Positions 22,642 through 34,326 are shown, numbered from the stretch's first letter. The stretch is 64,000 nt of DNA from an uncultured candidate division Zixibacteria bacterium (GCA_963702205.1 OY969724.1:2208001-2272000), one strand, 5' to 3'. Translations and numbers: made by a program. Notes: a model not told the origin generated them from the letters alone.

Positions 22642-24462
22642 TTGCCTGCATTCGAGAAAATTAAACGGACTCATACATGCGGCCAACTGACCGCTGCCGA
22701 CGTCGGCCAAAAGGTGGTATTAAACGGCTGGGTGCAGGAATACCGTAATCTTGGCGGCCTGCTGTTTATAGATATTCGTGATCGTTACGGCCTGACTCAG
22801 GTGATGATGAACCCCCAAAAAGTGGAAAAAAGCGTGTTTGATCTGGCATCAAAAGCCCGGCATGAGTTTGTGGTGGCCGCCTCCGGGACGGTGCAAATGC
22901 GGCCCGAGGGGACATTGAATAAAAAGATGGTCACCGGGGAAATCGAAGTTGCGGTAGATGACTTCCAAATCCTTTCGGAATCCAAAACGCCGCCGTTCGA
23001 AATAGTCGACAATCCCGATGCCTCCGAAGTGCTTAAGCTGGAATACCGCTATCTGGATTTGCGCCGCAAGCCGCTTCAGGAGAAAATCCGTATGAGGCAC
23101 ATGGCCTGTATGGCTGTCCGCGAATTCTTGTCCTCACAAAATTTTTATGAAATCGAAACGCCGATGTTGATGCGTTCGACACCCGAAGGTGCACGCGATT
23201 ATGTCGTGCCCAGCCGGGTACAAAAAGGTAAATTTTATGCACTTCCGCAGTCGCCGCAATTATTAAAGCAAATTCTGATGATTTCCGGCTATGACCGGTA
23301 TTTTCAATTGGCCCGCTGCCTGCGTGATGAAGACCTTCGCGCCGACCGTCAGCCGGAACACACTCAAATCGACCTGGAAATGTCGTTTGTCACCAGAGAC
23401 GACGTCTTCGCTATCGGCGAGGGACTTATGCCCCATGTATTCAAAAAAGTGCTTGGAGCGGAAATAGAATCGCCGTTTCCTCGTTACGATTATCATACGG
23501 CCATGAATCGCTGGGGGATAGATAAGCCCGATTTGCGCTTCGGGATGGAGCTTATAGATATAACGGACATTGTCGCTGACTGCGAATTTAAAGTTTTCTC
23601 GGAAACCATCAAAACCGGTGGAGTGGTTAAGGCCTTGTGTCTGAAAGGCGGGGCTTCTTATTCGCGCAAGCAGATTGATGAACTGACCGATGTCGCCAGG
23701 AATTTTGGGGCGGGCGGTCTGGCGTACATATTGAGAGCCTCCGAAGGGGATAAGTCGCCGATTCTGAAATTTATCGGTGAATCTATCAAGGATAAGATTT
23801 GCGAAAAAGCCGAAGCCCGGTCAGGTGATGCCGTGTTTATCATTTCTGATAAGAAGCTCAGGACAGAAAGCATCCTCGGCCAACTACGCATCCATCTGGG
23901 GAAGAAACATGATTTGATTCAGAAAGATCAATGGAAATTCCTGTGGGTCACGCACTTCCCTCTTTTTGAATATAATGAAGACGAAGACCGTCTGGATGCC
24001 ATGCACAATATAGTATCGATGCCGGTCGATGAGGAAATTCATCTTCTGGAAGAGAACTCCGACCTTCCTATAAGCGATGTGAACCACCCTCTACGTAAAA
24101 TCAGGGCCGATCAGTATGATCTTGTCTTAAACGGTATGGAGTTGGGGTCGGGAAGTATCCGCGTGCACCGCCGCGAAATCCAGCAGAAAATTTTAAACAT
24201 ACTTGGCATGTCCAATGAGCGCGCCGAAAAGATGTTCGGCTTTTTGCTGAAAGCACTGGAATACGGCGCTCCGCCGCACGGCGGCATTGCGCTTGGTATG
24301 GACCGGATTGTCATGCAGCTTACCGGGGCGGAAAGCCTCCGCGATGTCATCGCTTTTCCCAAGACGGCTTCGGCCCAGTCCCTTATGGACGGAGCCCCGT
24401 CGGATCTGGATCCGGAACAATTGACGGAACTCGGTTTGACGATTACGGGTTCAAAATCGTAG
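22642..24462 (+). CDS. aspS: Aspartate--tRNA ligase
   Basis: [58 protein letters not shown] start. Confidence 0.97.
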   Translation: MPAFEKIKRTHTCGQLTAADVGQKVVLNGWVQEYRNLGGLLFIDIRDRYGLTQVMMNPQKVEKSVFDLASKARHEFVVAASGTVQMRPEGTLNKKMVTGEIEVAVDDFQILSESKTPPFEIVDNPDASEVLKLEYRYLDLRRKPLQEKIRMRHMACMAVREFLSSQNFYEIETPMLMRSTPEGARDYVVPSRVQKGKFYALPQSPQLLKQILMISGYDRYFQLARCLRDEDLRADRQPEHTQIDLEMSFVTRDDVFAIGEGLMPHVFKKVLGAEIESPFPRYDYHTAMNRWGIDKPDLRFGMELIDITDIVADCEFKVFSETIKTGGVVKALCLKGGASYSRKQIDELTDVARNFGAGGLAYILRASEGDKSPILKFIGESIKDKICEKAEARSGDAVFIISDKKLRTESILGQLRIHLGKKHDLIQKDQWKFLWVTHFPLFEYNEDEDRLDAMHNIVSMPVDEEIHLLEENSDLPISDVNHPLRKIRADQYDLVLNGMELGSGSIRVHRREIQQKILNILGMSNERAEKMFGFLLKALEYGAPPHGGIALGMDRIVMQLTGAESLRDVIAFPKTASAQSLMDGAPSDLDPEQLTELGLTITGSKS

Positions 24463-24478
24463 GTGGTACGGAGAAATT

Positions 24479-25462
24479 TTGAACGATAAAGTAACTGAGA
24501 CATTTAGCCTGGGTGATATCGACCCCCGTCTCATTTTCGGACAAAACGACAAGAACCTGCGAACCATCGAACGCGCCTTTCCGCTAAATATAGTCGTGCG
24601 CGGCGATAAAGCCATAATCGAAGGCGATGCAACACAGGTAAAAAAAGTTACCCGTCTGTTTCACGATCTGTTGGAGCGGGTGCGGCAGGGGGAATATATC
24701 AACGACCAGTATTTAAATTATTCCATTGAGTCGATTATGCTCGACGGTATCGCGCCAGCGCAGGAATTGGGCGAAAACAATCATCTGGCCGGTTTGAAAA
24801 GACCCTTTTTAAAGCCCAAAACGATTGGCCAAAGAAAATATCTCGACGCCATCCTCAATAATGACATCGTCTTTTCTATCGGCCCGGCCGGGACGGGCAA
24901 AACCTATCTGGCCGTGGGCGAGGCGGTGGCGGCGCTTAAGGATAAGCGGGTCAATCGGATCGTGCTGGTTCGTCCGGCCGTGGAAGCCGGGGAATCGCTG
25001 GGCTTTCTACCGGGCGACATTCGGGCCAAGGTCGATCCGTATTTGCGCCCGGTTTATGATGCCCTGCACAATATGCTGCCCCCCGAGAAGATTCAGAAAT
25101 ATATAGAGCTGGGCGTGATCGAAATTGTCCCGCTGGCTTTCATGCGCGGCCGGACGCTTGACAAGACGTTTGTCATACTCGATGAAGCTCAAAATACGAC
25201 GCCAGGGCAGATGAAGATGTTTTTGACGCGCCTGGGAGCCGATTCCAAGGCGGTCATAACCGGCGATATTACCCAGATAGACCTTGCCAAAGATAAAAAA
25301 TCGGGTTTGATTATAATCCAGGGTATCCTGGTCGATATCGAGGGTATTGAGTTTGTTTATTTGAGCGACAGGGATGTCGTTCGTCATCCTCTTGTACAGA
25401 AGATAATTCGTGCGTATGAAGGTTACGAGAGGAATCTTCGAAAGGAGTCGGGGGATAAATAA
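24479..25462 (+). CDS. phoH: PhoH family ATPase
   Basis: GPAGTGKT, RPAVEAGESLGFLPGD, AFMRGRTL, DEAQN; TTG start. Confidence 0.95.
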   Translation: MNDKVTETFSLGDIDPRLIFGQNDKNLRTIERAFPLNIVVRGDKAIIEGDATQVKKVTRLFHDLLERVRQGEYINDQYLNYSIESIMLDGIAPAQELGENNHLAGLKRPFLKPKTIGQRKYLDAILNNDIVFSIGPAGTGKTYLAVGEAVAALKDKRVNRIVLVRPAVEAGESLGFLPGDIRAKVDPYLRPVYDALHNMLPPEKIQKYIELGVIEIVPLAFMRGRTLDKTFVILDEAQNTTPGQMKMFLTRLGADSKAVITGDITQIDLAKDKKSGLIIIQGILVDIEGIEFVYLSDRDVVRHPLVQKIIRAYEGYERNLRKESGDK

Positions 25463-25471
25463 TCCCCGCCG

Positions 25472-27754
25472 ATGTATAAAATTCTCCTGCGCCTGAAAAG
25501 GCTGATAAAACGTCGTCTGAAAATCAAGGCCGAAACCAGGCAGGTAATCGAAACCGGACCCCGAAACAAGTTTTATAAAGCCGTGATGTTAATCGCTGCG
25601 GCCGGGCTTTTATCTTTTATATATCCGGCCGATGAGGTTTTCTATCCTTTGGATTATCCCCGCAAGGGTGAGATTGCGGTCGAGGATATTATCGCTCCTT
25701 TTCAGGTTACCGTTTATAAAACCGACGCCCAACTGCGAGAAGAGCGTCAGGATGCCGCCGACGCCGTCCCGACCATTGTAGAATACGAACAAAATGTGGT
25801 TGATTCGGCGATGGCTCGTTTCGAGCAGTTTATGACGCTTGTGAAAAAGAAATCGGCTGCGTTTAAAAAAACGCTTGCGGGCCACAATTTTGACCCCCGT
25901 CAGGTGGACAGCCTGATTAACGTGGTCAAAGATAACGTCGCCGGCGTATTTCCATTGGTAGACACATCGGTCGTAAGGCGCCTGCTGTTCGAAAACGACC
26001 TGAATCTGGTCGAAAAGGTCATTCGCGAAATCCTTGAGAATTCGATATACTATTATGGGGTAATTTCCGACCGGGAGACGCTGCCGAACACGAAAAACAG
26101 GTCGGTTGTTATAAAGATGGACAACCGCGAAATATATCAGGTTCGTGATAAACTGCTGGATACCTATCGAGCCAATGTAGCTTTTCGATCGGATTTGCGT
26201 CAGCGATCGTTATCAGATTCAATCGACGTCGAATTATGCTACGATTTGGGGCGTCGTTTCATCGTGCCCAATTTATCTTTAAGCGTAGGTGAAATGCAAT
26301 CCCGGCGTGATGAGGCTATGTCGGAAATTTCCAATGTGAGCGAAGTGATTAATTCCGGCGACGTCATCATTCAGGCGGGCGCCCGGGTGGACGAAAGCCA
26401 GGAGCGGGCACTCAAGGAAATCTTCCGCCAGGAGGAATCGCGTCTGCGCAAAGAGGGATGGTATCGGCCGTTTGTCCCGGCGCTGGCCCGTTTCTTACTT
26501 ATTCTCGCGATTTTCGGTTTCATGTATATATATCTGTTCAATTTCCACCCGCTGGTTTTCGGGTCGAATCCCAAGCTGCTGGCGATATTTCTCGTGTACG
26601 GCGTCAGCCTGTTGTTGATTTATATTTCAAGGATTGTCGAAACCAATATGGAATTGTCGTTCTATATCTATCCTCTGGCCATCCTGCCGATCCTGCTGAC
26701 CGTCCTGTTCAACGCCCGGGTCGGTATATTCGGGACTATCATGCTGGCTATTATGCTGGGGATATTGCACCGTTTCAATTTTACATTGACGATGGTAACG
26801 ATCTTCACGGGCATGGTCGCTTCATATTCGACCAGCCGTGTCAGGCACCGTACCGAATTTTTCAGAACTTCGATTTATCTGGCTTTGACGTATGTGGTCT
26901 TAATACTGCTGTTTGCTTCATTCAAAATATCTCCGGAAGAAAATATGACCGGCCTGATGGGCCAGGGGTTGTTTGTGGCCGCGGTGTCGCCTTTGCTGGC
27001 TATGGGTATTCTCCCGTTTTTCGAATCTTTGTTCGGCTTTACGACCGATTTGACGCTGCTGGAGCTGTCCGACCTGAACAACCCTCTGTTGAAGCGGCTG
27101 GCGATGGAAGCGCCGGGGACATACCACCATTCGATACTGGTGGGCAATCTCGCCGAGGCGGCCGCCAAAGCCATCGACGCCAATCCTCTGCTGGCCCGGG
27201 TGGGGGCGTACTATCATGATATCGGCAAAATGGAAATCCCGGAATATTTCGTCGAAAACCAGCTCGGGATAAAGTCAAAACACGACAGTTTGACTCCCAG
27301 TGTTTCGGCGATTATATTGTCCTCGCACGTCAAGAAAGGACGACTGTTGGGAGAAGAGGCGGATTTACCGGACGAGGTTCTTAACTTTATCGAAGAGCAT
27401 CACGGGACCATGGTTATGTCGTATTTTTATAATAAGGCCAAAGAGCAGGGCGAAGAGGCTCCGGACGATGAAGATTTCAGATATCCCGGCCCGAAGCCGC
27501 GGACACGGGAGACGGCTACGGTCATGCTGGCCGATTCGGTCGAAGCCGCCAGCCGGACTCTGACCGATCCGAAGCCGGCTCGGATTCGGAATCTCGTGCA
27601 GAATATTATTAACGATCGTTTTCAATCCGGTGAGTTCGAGGAATGTCCATTGACCCTGAAGGACCTGGCCAATATCCGTGAGTCGTTCGTGCAGATATTG
27701 ATAGGTGTTTTCCACCATCGGGTGGCCTATCCGAAAAAAGAAGAGAAAGTATGA
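25472..27754 (+). CDS. 7TM-HD (HDIG) phosphohydrolase, PgpH/YqfF-like
   Basis: 7TMR-HDED extracellular domain, 7 TM segments, APGTYHHS, YYHDIGK, EHHGT, LADSVEAA. Confidence 0.9.
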   Translation: MYKILLRLKRLIKRRLKIKAETRQVIETGPRNKFYKAVMLIAAAGLLSFIYPADEVFYPLDYPRKGEIAVEDIIAPFQVTVYKTDAQLREERQDAADAVPTIVEYEQNVVDSAMARFEQFMTLVKKKSAAFKKTLAGHNFDPRQVDSLINVVKDNVAGVFPLVDTSVVRRLLFENDLNLVEKVIREILENSIYYYGVISDRETLPNTKNRSVVIKMDNREIYQVRDKLLDTYRANVAFRSDLRQRSLSDSIDVELCYDLGRRFIVPNLSLSVGEMQSRRDEAMSEISNVSEVINSGDVIIQAGARVDESQERALKEIFRQEESRLRKEGWYRPFVPALARFLLILAIFGFMYIYLFNFHPLVFGSNPKLLAIFLVYGVSLLLIYISRIVETNMELSFYIYPLAILPILLTVLFNARVGIFGTIMLAIMLGILHRFNFTLTMVTIFTGMVASYSTSRVRHRTEFFRTSIYLALTYVVLILLFASFKISPEENMTGLMGQGLFVAAVSPLLAMGILPFFESLFGFTTDLTLLELSDLNNPLLKRLAMEAPGTYHHSILVGNLAEAAAKAIDANPLLARVGAYYHDIGKMEIPEYFVENQLGIKSKHDSLTPSVSAIILSSHVKKGRLLGEEADLPDEVLNFIEEHHGTMVMSYFYNKAKEQGEEAPDDEDFRYPGPKPRTRETATVMLADSVEAASRTLTDPKPARIRNLVQNIINDRFQSGEFEECPLTLKDLANIRESFVQILIGVFHHRVAYPKKEEKV

Positions 27755-28176
27755 GGCTGAATATAATTTCCGAATCCAATCGACGCATTCCGCGAAAGAA
27801 AATTGCCCGGCTTATGAAACTGATCGATGAGGAAGAAGAGCCCCCCGGCAGTACGGTCAATATAGTCTTTACGCGCGACCGCAAAATTGCATCGTTGAAT
27901 CGCAAATATCGCGGACGTCCCGGTGCCACCGATGTATTGTCGTTCAATATTGACGATAGCACCGGACCCGACGCCGTTCTTGGAGAAATTTATATTTCGA
28001 CCGATACCGCCCGGAAGAATCTCAAAACATTCGGCGGGACCATTCAATCGGAATTTCTCAGGCTTTGCTGCCACGGCATGCTCCATCTGCTCGGATACGA
28101 TCATTCCAAACGAAAAGACCGGGAGGAAATGCAAAGTCGGGAAGAATATTATCTGGAGAAATTGAGTCGATGCTGA
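27751..28176 (+). CDS. ybeY: rRNA maturation endonuclease YbeY
   Basis: TDVLSF, LGEIYI, HGMLHLLGYDH. Confidence 0.95.
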   Translation: MRLNIISESNRRIPRKKIARLMKLIDEEEEPPGSTVNIVFTRDRKIASLNRKYRGRPGATDVLSFNIDDSTGPDAVLGEIYISTDTARKNLKTFGGTIQSEFLRLCCHGMLHLLGYDHSKRKDREEMQSREEYYLEKLSRC

Positions 28177-29445
28177 TGGCGATCTACATCGTTTGCATTA
28201 TCGGGATATATTACGCCGGGTATAAATTCGGGCTGTACCTCATCGGCTCTGTACATGGAGCCGGAGGAGGTCGATGAATTTTCATCGCGTTTGTCTCCGT
28301 TCACGAAGAATAATCTCAACCGGCTATTCAAAAATCCACGGCAAATTCTCCGCCTGGCGATGCTGGTCAAATCTTTCGCCCTCGTGCTCTTGTCATTCTT
28401 CGCGATTCTCATCGGCCAGTTGGTGATATTCAAATACGTGCTCAATCCGGCCGCGACGATGTTCGCGGCGCTTCTGATGGTTTGGATACTGCACGTGTTT
28501 TTTTTCGAATACCTGCCGCGACGGCGGCCGATACGGCAGATCGACCAGAAGACGGTCAAATTTTTGCCTTTTCTCGGGATGATATACTTCATTTTCAGGC
28601 CGCTTTTAAGGTACTACAATAAGCTTTTCGTGATGGACCCCAACGACAAAATAACGGAAGAACAAAAGGAAGACATTGTCGAACGGGCCATAGAATCTCT
28701 GGCCGACCAGACCGGAGCCGGGGAGCGGATTATCGAGGAAGATGAAAAAGAGATGATCGGCCAGATTTTTCAACTCGACGTCACCGAAGTGCGCGAGGTG
28801 ATGGTGCCGCGTATGGATATAGTTGGCATTCCCAAAACCGCTGCTTTTGAGGACATTCGCTCCAAGGCGCGTGAGGTTGGCTACTCTCGTTACCCGGTTT
28901 ACGACGAAACGCCGGACAAGATAATCGGCGTCTTATATATAAAGGATATATTCCATGATCCCCGAAGCCAGAGCGGGTCATTCGATGTAACCCATTTTAT
29001 GCGGCCGCCGTATTTCGTGCCCGAAAGCAAAATAATCAGCGACCTTCTGGCGGATTTCAAGGCCAATAAAATCCATATCGCGATCGCCATTGACGAATAC
29101 GGAGGCACGGCCGGGCTGGTGACATTGGAAGACATTCTCGAGGAGATCGTCGGAGAAATCCAGGATGAGTACGATACCGAACCCTTGCCGATTGTGAAGC
29201 TCTCCGACAATTCGGTGCAGGCCGATGCGGCGGTTTCAGTGGAAAAACTCCTTGAAGAATTCAATCTCGATTACGATAACAATGAGTTCGAGACGATTAG
29301 CGGTTTAATTTACGATCTGGTCGGGTCGGTTCCGTCGGCCGGGACCAAGATCAAATGGAAAGATATCATTTTCGAAATCGTCGATATTGAAGGTCAGCGG
29401 ATCAACACGGTCAAAGCCTGGGTGAAGAAAAGCGCCGAAATCTGA
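28170..29445 (+). CDS. CNNM/CBS/CorC (hemolysin-like, TlyC/GldE family) protein, one extra base at 28238-28239
   Basis: ATG 28170 overlaps the ybeY stop and gives hydrophobic MLMAIYIVCIIGIYYAGYKFGLY; deleting one C joins it in frame to SSALYMEPEE (ORF 28255-29445); CBS pair and DEYGGTAGLVTLEDILEEIVGEIQDEYD. Confidence 0.85.
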
Positions 29446-29614
29446 CCGGAAAACCCACTATTTCTCTTATGAATTTATTTTTATTGGACTTTTTTTGAAC
29501 AAATTGATAAGCTTGGCGATGCTTAGCTATAATATTTCGAAAATTGGTGCGTATGGTATATTTATCAATTCCCGATCCTGTAATATTTACGACCTTTATT
29601 AGGAGGTTTGGAAA

Positions 29615-30940
29615 GTGACCAAAACCAAAGAAGATGTCCTTCGGATTATTGACGAGCAAAATGTCCGCTATATCCGGCTGAACTTCACCGACATACTCGG
29701 ACGACTGAAAGGTATGTCGATAACACGCAGTGAAATCGAACAGGTTTTGAATCAAGGGCAGGGCTTTGATGGTTCTTCGATTGAAGGCTTTGTTCGCATC
29801 GAGGAATCCGACCTGGTTGCGGTGCCCGACCTCCGAACGTTCAGGATTATTCCCTGGGAAATCGGTGGGGAAAAGACGGCTATAATGTTTTGCGATATTC
29901 AAATGCCGGACGGATCGCCGTACGACGGCGACCCTCGCTATGTGTTCAAAAGAACATTGAAGCGCGTCGAAGATAAGGGCTGGACCTATTATCTGGGTCC
30001 GGAGCTGGAATATTTCTATTTCAAGAATGACATGGATCCGGAAATTATCGATACCGGCGGATATTTTGACTACACCTCGGTCGACCTCGGCACGGTTGTC
30101 CGCAAGAAGACGACGACGGCCCTCGAAATTATGGGAATTCCGGTCGAATGTTCGCACCACGAAGTCGCCCCGAGCCAGCAGGAAATCGATCTGAAATATC
30201 AGGAAGCGCTGGTCATGAGCGACTTCACGCAGATTTACAAATTTGTCGTCAAAGCCATTGCGGCCCAGAATAATATCTACGCTTCGTTTATGCCCAAGCC
30301 AATTTTTGGCGAGAACGGTTCCGGGATGCACACGCACATGTCACTGTTTAAAGGCGAGAGTAACCTGTTTTTCCAGCGCGATGATCCCTACCAGCTCTCT
30401 AAAATAGGCCGCAGTTTTCTCGCCGGACTGCTGCGTCATGTGCGCGAGTTTACCCTGATAACCAATCAATGGGCTAATTCATACAAGCGTCTTGTGGCCG
30501 GTTATGAAGCTCCCGTTTATATTTCATGGGGGAGACGTAACCGTTCCAGCCTGGTGCGCGTGCCGGTGTTCGATATCGGACGTGAAAAATCGGTCCGGGT
30601 GGAACTTCGGTCCGCCGATCCGGCCTGTAATCCCTATCTGGCCTTCGCCTGTATGCTGGCCGCCGGACTGAAAGGTGTCGAGGAAAACTATGAACTCCCG
30701 GCGCCGATCGAAGAAAACATCTTCCAGATGACCGAAAAGAAACGGGCCGAATTGAATATTGGTTCCTTGCCGGATTCGCTCGAAAACGCCATCGCGGTCA
30801 TGGAAAAGTCGGAACTGGTCAAAGAAACTCTGGGCGAACATCTGTTCAATAAGATAATTGCCAACAAGAAAGTGGAATGGGATGAGTTCCGCATCCATGT
30901 CAGTCGACATGAAATAGATAAATATCTGCCGTTTCTTTAG
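29615..30940 (+). CDS. glnA: Glutamine synthetase type I
   Basis: FDGSSIEGFVRIEESD, HHEVAPSQQEI, FMPKP..NGSGMHTH, NSYKRL..GYEAP, ELRSAD; GTG start. Confidence 0.96.
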   Translation: MTKTKEDVLRIIDEQNVRYIRLNFTDILGRLKGMSITRSEIEQVLNQGQGFDGSSIEGFVRIEESDLVAVPDLRTFRIIPWEIGGEKTAIMFCDIQMPDGSPYDGDPRYVFKRTLKRVEDKGWTYYLGPELEYFYFKNDMDPEIIDTGGYFDYTSVDLGTVVRKKTTTALEIMGIPVECSHHEVAPSQQEIDLKYQEALVMSDFTQIYKFVVKAIAAQNNIYASFMPKPIFGENGSGMHTHMSLFKGESNLFFQRDDPYQLSKIGRSFLAGLLRHVREFTLITNQWANSYKRLVAGYEAPVYISWGRRNRSSLVRVPVFDIGREKSVRVELRSADPACNPYLAFACMLAAGLKGVEENYELPAPIEENIFQMTEKKRAELNIGSLPDSLENAIAVMEKSELVKETLGEHLFNKIIANKKVEWDEFRIHVSRHEIDKYLPFL

Positions 30941-30976
30941 TCCTTTGACCTTAAGGTCTTAGGGAATTATATGCAT

Positions 30977-31008
30977 AAGCGCCGCGCAATATATTTTTCG
31001 CGGCGCTT
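30977..31008. terminator. GC hairpin after glnA
   Basis: AAGCGCCGCG / CGCGGCGCTT perfect 10-bp stem. Confidence 0.6.
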
Positions 31009-31074
31009 GCCATTTATAAATTTTATAATTATTCCCACCAGCCGGAATTTTTCACCAGTAAATGGATTTCGATA

Positions 31075-31102
31075 TTGACTAAAAAGCTATCATTGTTAAA
31101 AT
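31075..31102 (+). promoter_or_regulatory. Promoter of purN-purC-purH
   Basis: TTGACT-16 nt-TAAAAT with an extended -10 TG. Confidence 0.55.
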
Positions 31103-31168
31103 ATACCTTTCCGGGTGGGTAGATTAAATGGCAAACAACCGCTCGGGATTTAACGGTTATAAACAAAC

Positions 31169-31768
31169 ATGAGTTCAAAAGCCAAAATTGCGGTTTTCCT
31201 GTCCGGAGGAGGGACAAACCTTCAGTCGCTGATCGATGCCTCGCACGACGGGAGACTTTCCGGCGAAATAGCGCTGGTCGTCTCCAATCATGAGGATGCT
31301 TACGGACTCCAGCGGGCAATTAAGGCAGGTATTGATACCTTCGTTTACAAGATCAAAAATTACGAAACGAAAGAAGAAGCCCACGCCGATCTGATGGCTT
31401 TACTTGAACAATATAAAGTTGATTATATTGCCCTCGCCGGCTATTTGAAACTTCTGCCGCCGCCGGTTATTAAGAAATTCCATAATCGTATTACCAATAT
31501 CCACCCGGCGCTGCTTCCCCAATATGGCGGAAAAGGGATGTACGGCCACAATGTCCACGAGGCGGTTATAACCAACGGTGAGTCCGAATCGGGCGCGACG
31601 GTGCATCTGGTGGATGAAATTTACGACAATGGCAGAATTCTCGAACAAAAAAAAGTCCCGGTGCGGCCCGATGATACTCCCGATTCACTGGCGGCACGAG
31701 TTTTAGAAATAGAACATGAATTATACCCATTGGCTTTAGACAATTTGATAAGAGGTAAATATGCTTAA
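31169..31768 (+). CDS. purN: Phosphoribosylglycinamide formyltransferase
   Basis: SGGGTNLQ, LAGY, NIHPALLP, GATVHLVDE.YD.G. Confidence 0.96.
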   Translation: MSSKAKIAVFLSGGGTNLQSLIDASHDGRLSGEIALVVSNHEDAYGLQRAIKAGIDTFVYKIKNYETKEEAHADLMALLEQYKVDYIALAGYLKLLPPPVIKKFHNRITNIHPALLPQYGGKGMYGHNVHEAVITNGESESGATVHLVDEIYDNGRILEQKKVPVRPDDTPDSLAARVLEIEHELYPLALDNLIRGKYA

Positions 31769-32672
31769 TACCGAAAAGACCCTTCTGAAAACCGAAATCG
31801 AAGAATATCCGCTGTTTGCACGGGGCAAAGTGCGCGATGTTTATGATCTCGATGATAAACTCCTGATCGTATCGACCGACCGGATCAGCGCCTTTGACGT
31901 AATCCTACCCAATGGCCTTCCCGGCAAAGGCCGCATATTGACGCAGATGTCATTGTTCTGGTTTGATTTTCTGAATGACGTCGTCGATTCGCATCTGATT
32001 ACCGCCGACATCATGCAAATGCCGAAACCGCTGCACAAATACCAGGAACTCCTTGACGGTCGCACCATGCTGGTGCATAAGGCGAAACGAATAGACATCG
32101 AAGCAATCGTACGCGGTTATATTTCGGGCTCGATGTGGAAAGAACTGGTCGCCGCCAGAAAGGCAGGAAGCAGCACCGTTCATGGATTCAAGTTTTCTGC
32201 GGATTTGGTCGAATCGGGCAAACTTCCGGAGCCGATTTTCACGCCATCGACCAAGGCTGCCGAAGGCCACGACGAAAATATATCCTTCGATAAAATGGTC
32301 GAGATAATCGGCGCGGAGACGGCCAATCTTTGTCGGGATAAGGCCATTGCTATCTATAACAAAGCGGCCGATTATGCTCTGACCAAGGGTATCATTATCG
32401 CCGATACGAAATTCGAGTTCGGCTTCCTCGGGGATAAATTCATTCTCATCGACGAAGTTCTTTCACCGGATTCCTCGCGCTTCTGGCCGGCCGATCATTA
32501 TATCCCTGGCAAAGGTCAACCTTCGTTCGATAAGCAAATTATCCGCGACTATCTGAATACTCTCGATTGGGATAAAACGCCCCCGGGTCCGGAACTGCCC
32601 GAAGAGGTGGCGCAAAAATCGGTGGCCCGATATGCCGAGGCCGCCCGAATGTTGACGGGAAGGACCCTATGA
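31761..32672 (+). CDS. purC: SAICAR synthase
   Basis: GKVRDVY, TDRISAFD, FTPSTKA, ADTKFEFG, PDSSRFW, SFDKQ. Confidence 0.96.
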   Translation: MLNTEKTLLKTEIEEYPLFARGKVRDVYDLDDKLLIVSTDRISAFDVILPNGLPGKGRILTQMSLFWFDFLNDVVDSHLITADIMQMPKPLHKYQELLDGRTMLVHKAKRIDIEAIVRGYISGSMWKELVAARKAGSSTVHGFKFSADLVESGKLPEPIFTPSTKAAEGHDENISFDKMVEIIGAETANLCRDKAIAIYNKAADYALTKGIIIADTKFEFGFLGDKFILIDEVLSPDSSRFWPADHYIPGKGQPSFDKQIIRDYLNTLDWDKTPPGPELPEEVAQKSVARYAEAARMLTGRTL

Positions 32673-34243
32673 GCGATAAAATTAAAATCAAGCGAGCGCT
32701 TGTTTCCGTATCGGATAAAAGTGGCCTGCCTGAGCTGGCCAAAGCGTTGAGCGATTTCGGTGTCGAAATAATCTCCACCGGTGGGACGCTGGCGGCGATC
32801 AAGAAGTCCGGGGTGCAGGCGATTTCGGTGTCGACGTTCACCGGAGCGCCGGAAATTCTCGGGGGCCGGGTTAAGACGCTTCATCCGAAAGTCCACGCCG
32901 GGATACTGGCTCGTCGCGGCAATGAATCCGACGATGCCGAACTGGCTCACCACGAGTACAAATTGATTGATCTGGTCGTCGTGAATCTTTATCCGTTCGA
33001 ACAAACCATGGCCAATCCCGAATCGACCGAGGGCGACATAATCGAAAATATCGACATCGGCGGTCCGACAATGGTGCGGGCTTCGGCCAAGAATTTTGAT
33101 GGTGTCGCGGTCGTTACCAATCCTTCCGATTACACCTATATAATAGAAGAAATGAAACAAAGCGACGGTTGTCTAACCCTGGCGACCCGCAAGATGCTGG
33201 CCGGGAAGGCATTTGCCATGACGCATCGCTATGATTCGGCCATTGCCGGATATTTTGCCTCTGCGGGAGAACCAAAAGTCGAATCTGATTTGCCTCAGTC
33301 TCTTGATTTTTCGTATACGATCAAATCCGGGATGCGCTACGGTGAGAATCCGCATCAGCAGGCGGCCTTTTATGCTGATAATTCTTATGCCGGACCGACC
33401 GTGGCCCGGGCTCAGGTTTTGGCAGGGAAGGAGCTGTCATTCAACAATATATCCGATTTGGACGCCTGTCTGGATATGATTCTCGACTTTGAAGAACCCT
33501 TCGCCTGTGTCATCAAGCACGCCAACCCGTGTGGCGCGGCGACTGGCGCGACGATCGCCGATGCCTATCGCGACGCCCTGGCGTCCGATCCGCTTTCGGC
33601 GTTTGGGTCGATTATCGGGCTGAACCGACCGGTCGACATGGACTGCGCCAAACTGCTCCACGAAACCCATTTTGTAGAATGCATTCTTGCGCCGGAATAT
33701 GACCCCGAAACTCTGGGAATGATGAAAAAGAAAAAGGCCCGTCGTCTGCTGGCGCTCCCCGATATATTGAAGGGTCATCCGGATCAAGAAATGGTAGCCA
33801 AGTTCGTGCACGGTGGGTTGTTATATCAATCGGCCGACTATCACCAAATCTCGCGTGAGGATTTGAAAGTCGTCACGGAAAAACAACCGACCGAAGATGA
33901 AATAGAGTCGATGCTCTTTGCGTGGAAAATGGTCAAGCATGTCAAATCGAACGCCATTTTGATAGCCAAAGGCAACGCGACGGTCGGCATCGGCATGGGG
34001 CAAACCTCCCGGGTCGATGCTTCGGAACTGGCCGTCAAACGCGCCGGTGATCGAGCCAAAGGTGCGGTGCTGGCGTCGGATGCTTTCTTCCCGATGCCCG
34101 ACGGAGTCGAAGCGGCGACGCGCGCGGGAGTGACGGCCATCATCCAGCCGGGCGGATCCAAGGGTGATCAGGATGCAATCGACGCCGCCAATAAAGCCGG
34201 TGTTTCGATGGTATTTACGGGGATTAGGCATTTCAAACATTAA
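32669..34243 (+). CDS. purH: AICAR transformylase/IMP cyclohydrolase
   Basis: ALVSVSDK, GRVKTLHP, IDIGGP, RYGENPHQ, KHANPCG, ASDAFFP, RHFKH. Confidence 0.97.
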   Translation: MSDKIKIKRALVSVSDKSGLPELAKALSDFGVEIISTGGTLAAIKKSGVQAISVSTFTGAPEILGGRVKTLHPKVHAGILARRGNESDDAELAHHEYKLIDLVVVNLYPFEQTMANPESTEGDIIENIDIGGPTMVRASAKNFDGVAVVTNPSDYTYIIEEMKQSDGCLTLATRKMLAGKAFAMTHRYDSAIAGYFASAGEPKVESDLPQSLDFSYTIKSGMRYGENPHQQAAFYADNSYAGPTVARAQVLAGKELSFNNISDLDACLDMILDFEEPFACVIKHANPCGAATGATIADAYRDALASDPLSAFGSIIGLNRPVDMDCAKLLHETHFVECILAPEYDPETLGMMKKKKARRLLALPDILKGHPDQEMVAKFVHGGLLYQSADYHQISREDLKVVTEKQPTEDEIESMLFAWKMVKHVKSNAILIAKGNATVGIGMGQTSRVDASELAVKRAGDRAKGAVLASDAFFPMPDGVEAATRAGVTAIIQPGGSKGDQDAIDAANKAGVSMVFTGIRHFKH

Positions 34244-34326
34244 TTTATGCGGCCGGAGTGCAAAAGAGCTTGCTCTCTTTTTACTTTGCCATTAGATTAA
34301 GTAAAACGAATTGTAAAGAGGATACA

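Noticed and set aside
29446..29614. GlnR/TnrA box upstream of glnA
   Set aside because: Only a TGTAA half-site, without the matching TNACA at 7-nt spacing
29411..30337. Long antisense ORFs (also 55833-56849, 57948-59012, 4117-4917, 36094-36852)
   Set aside because: Shadows of conserved plus-strand genes with no recognisable motifs
31103..31168. ZMP/ZTP or purine riboswitch before purN-purC-purH
   Set aside because: The conserved aptamer motifs are absent and the leader is only ~60 nt
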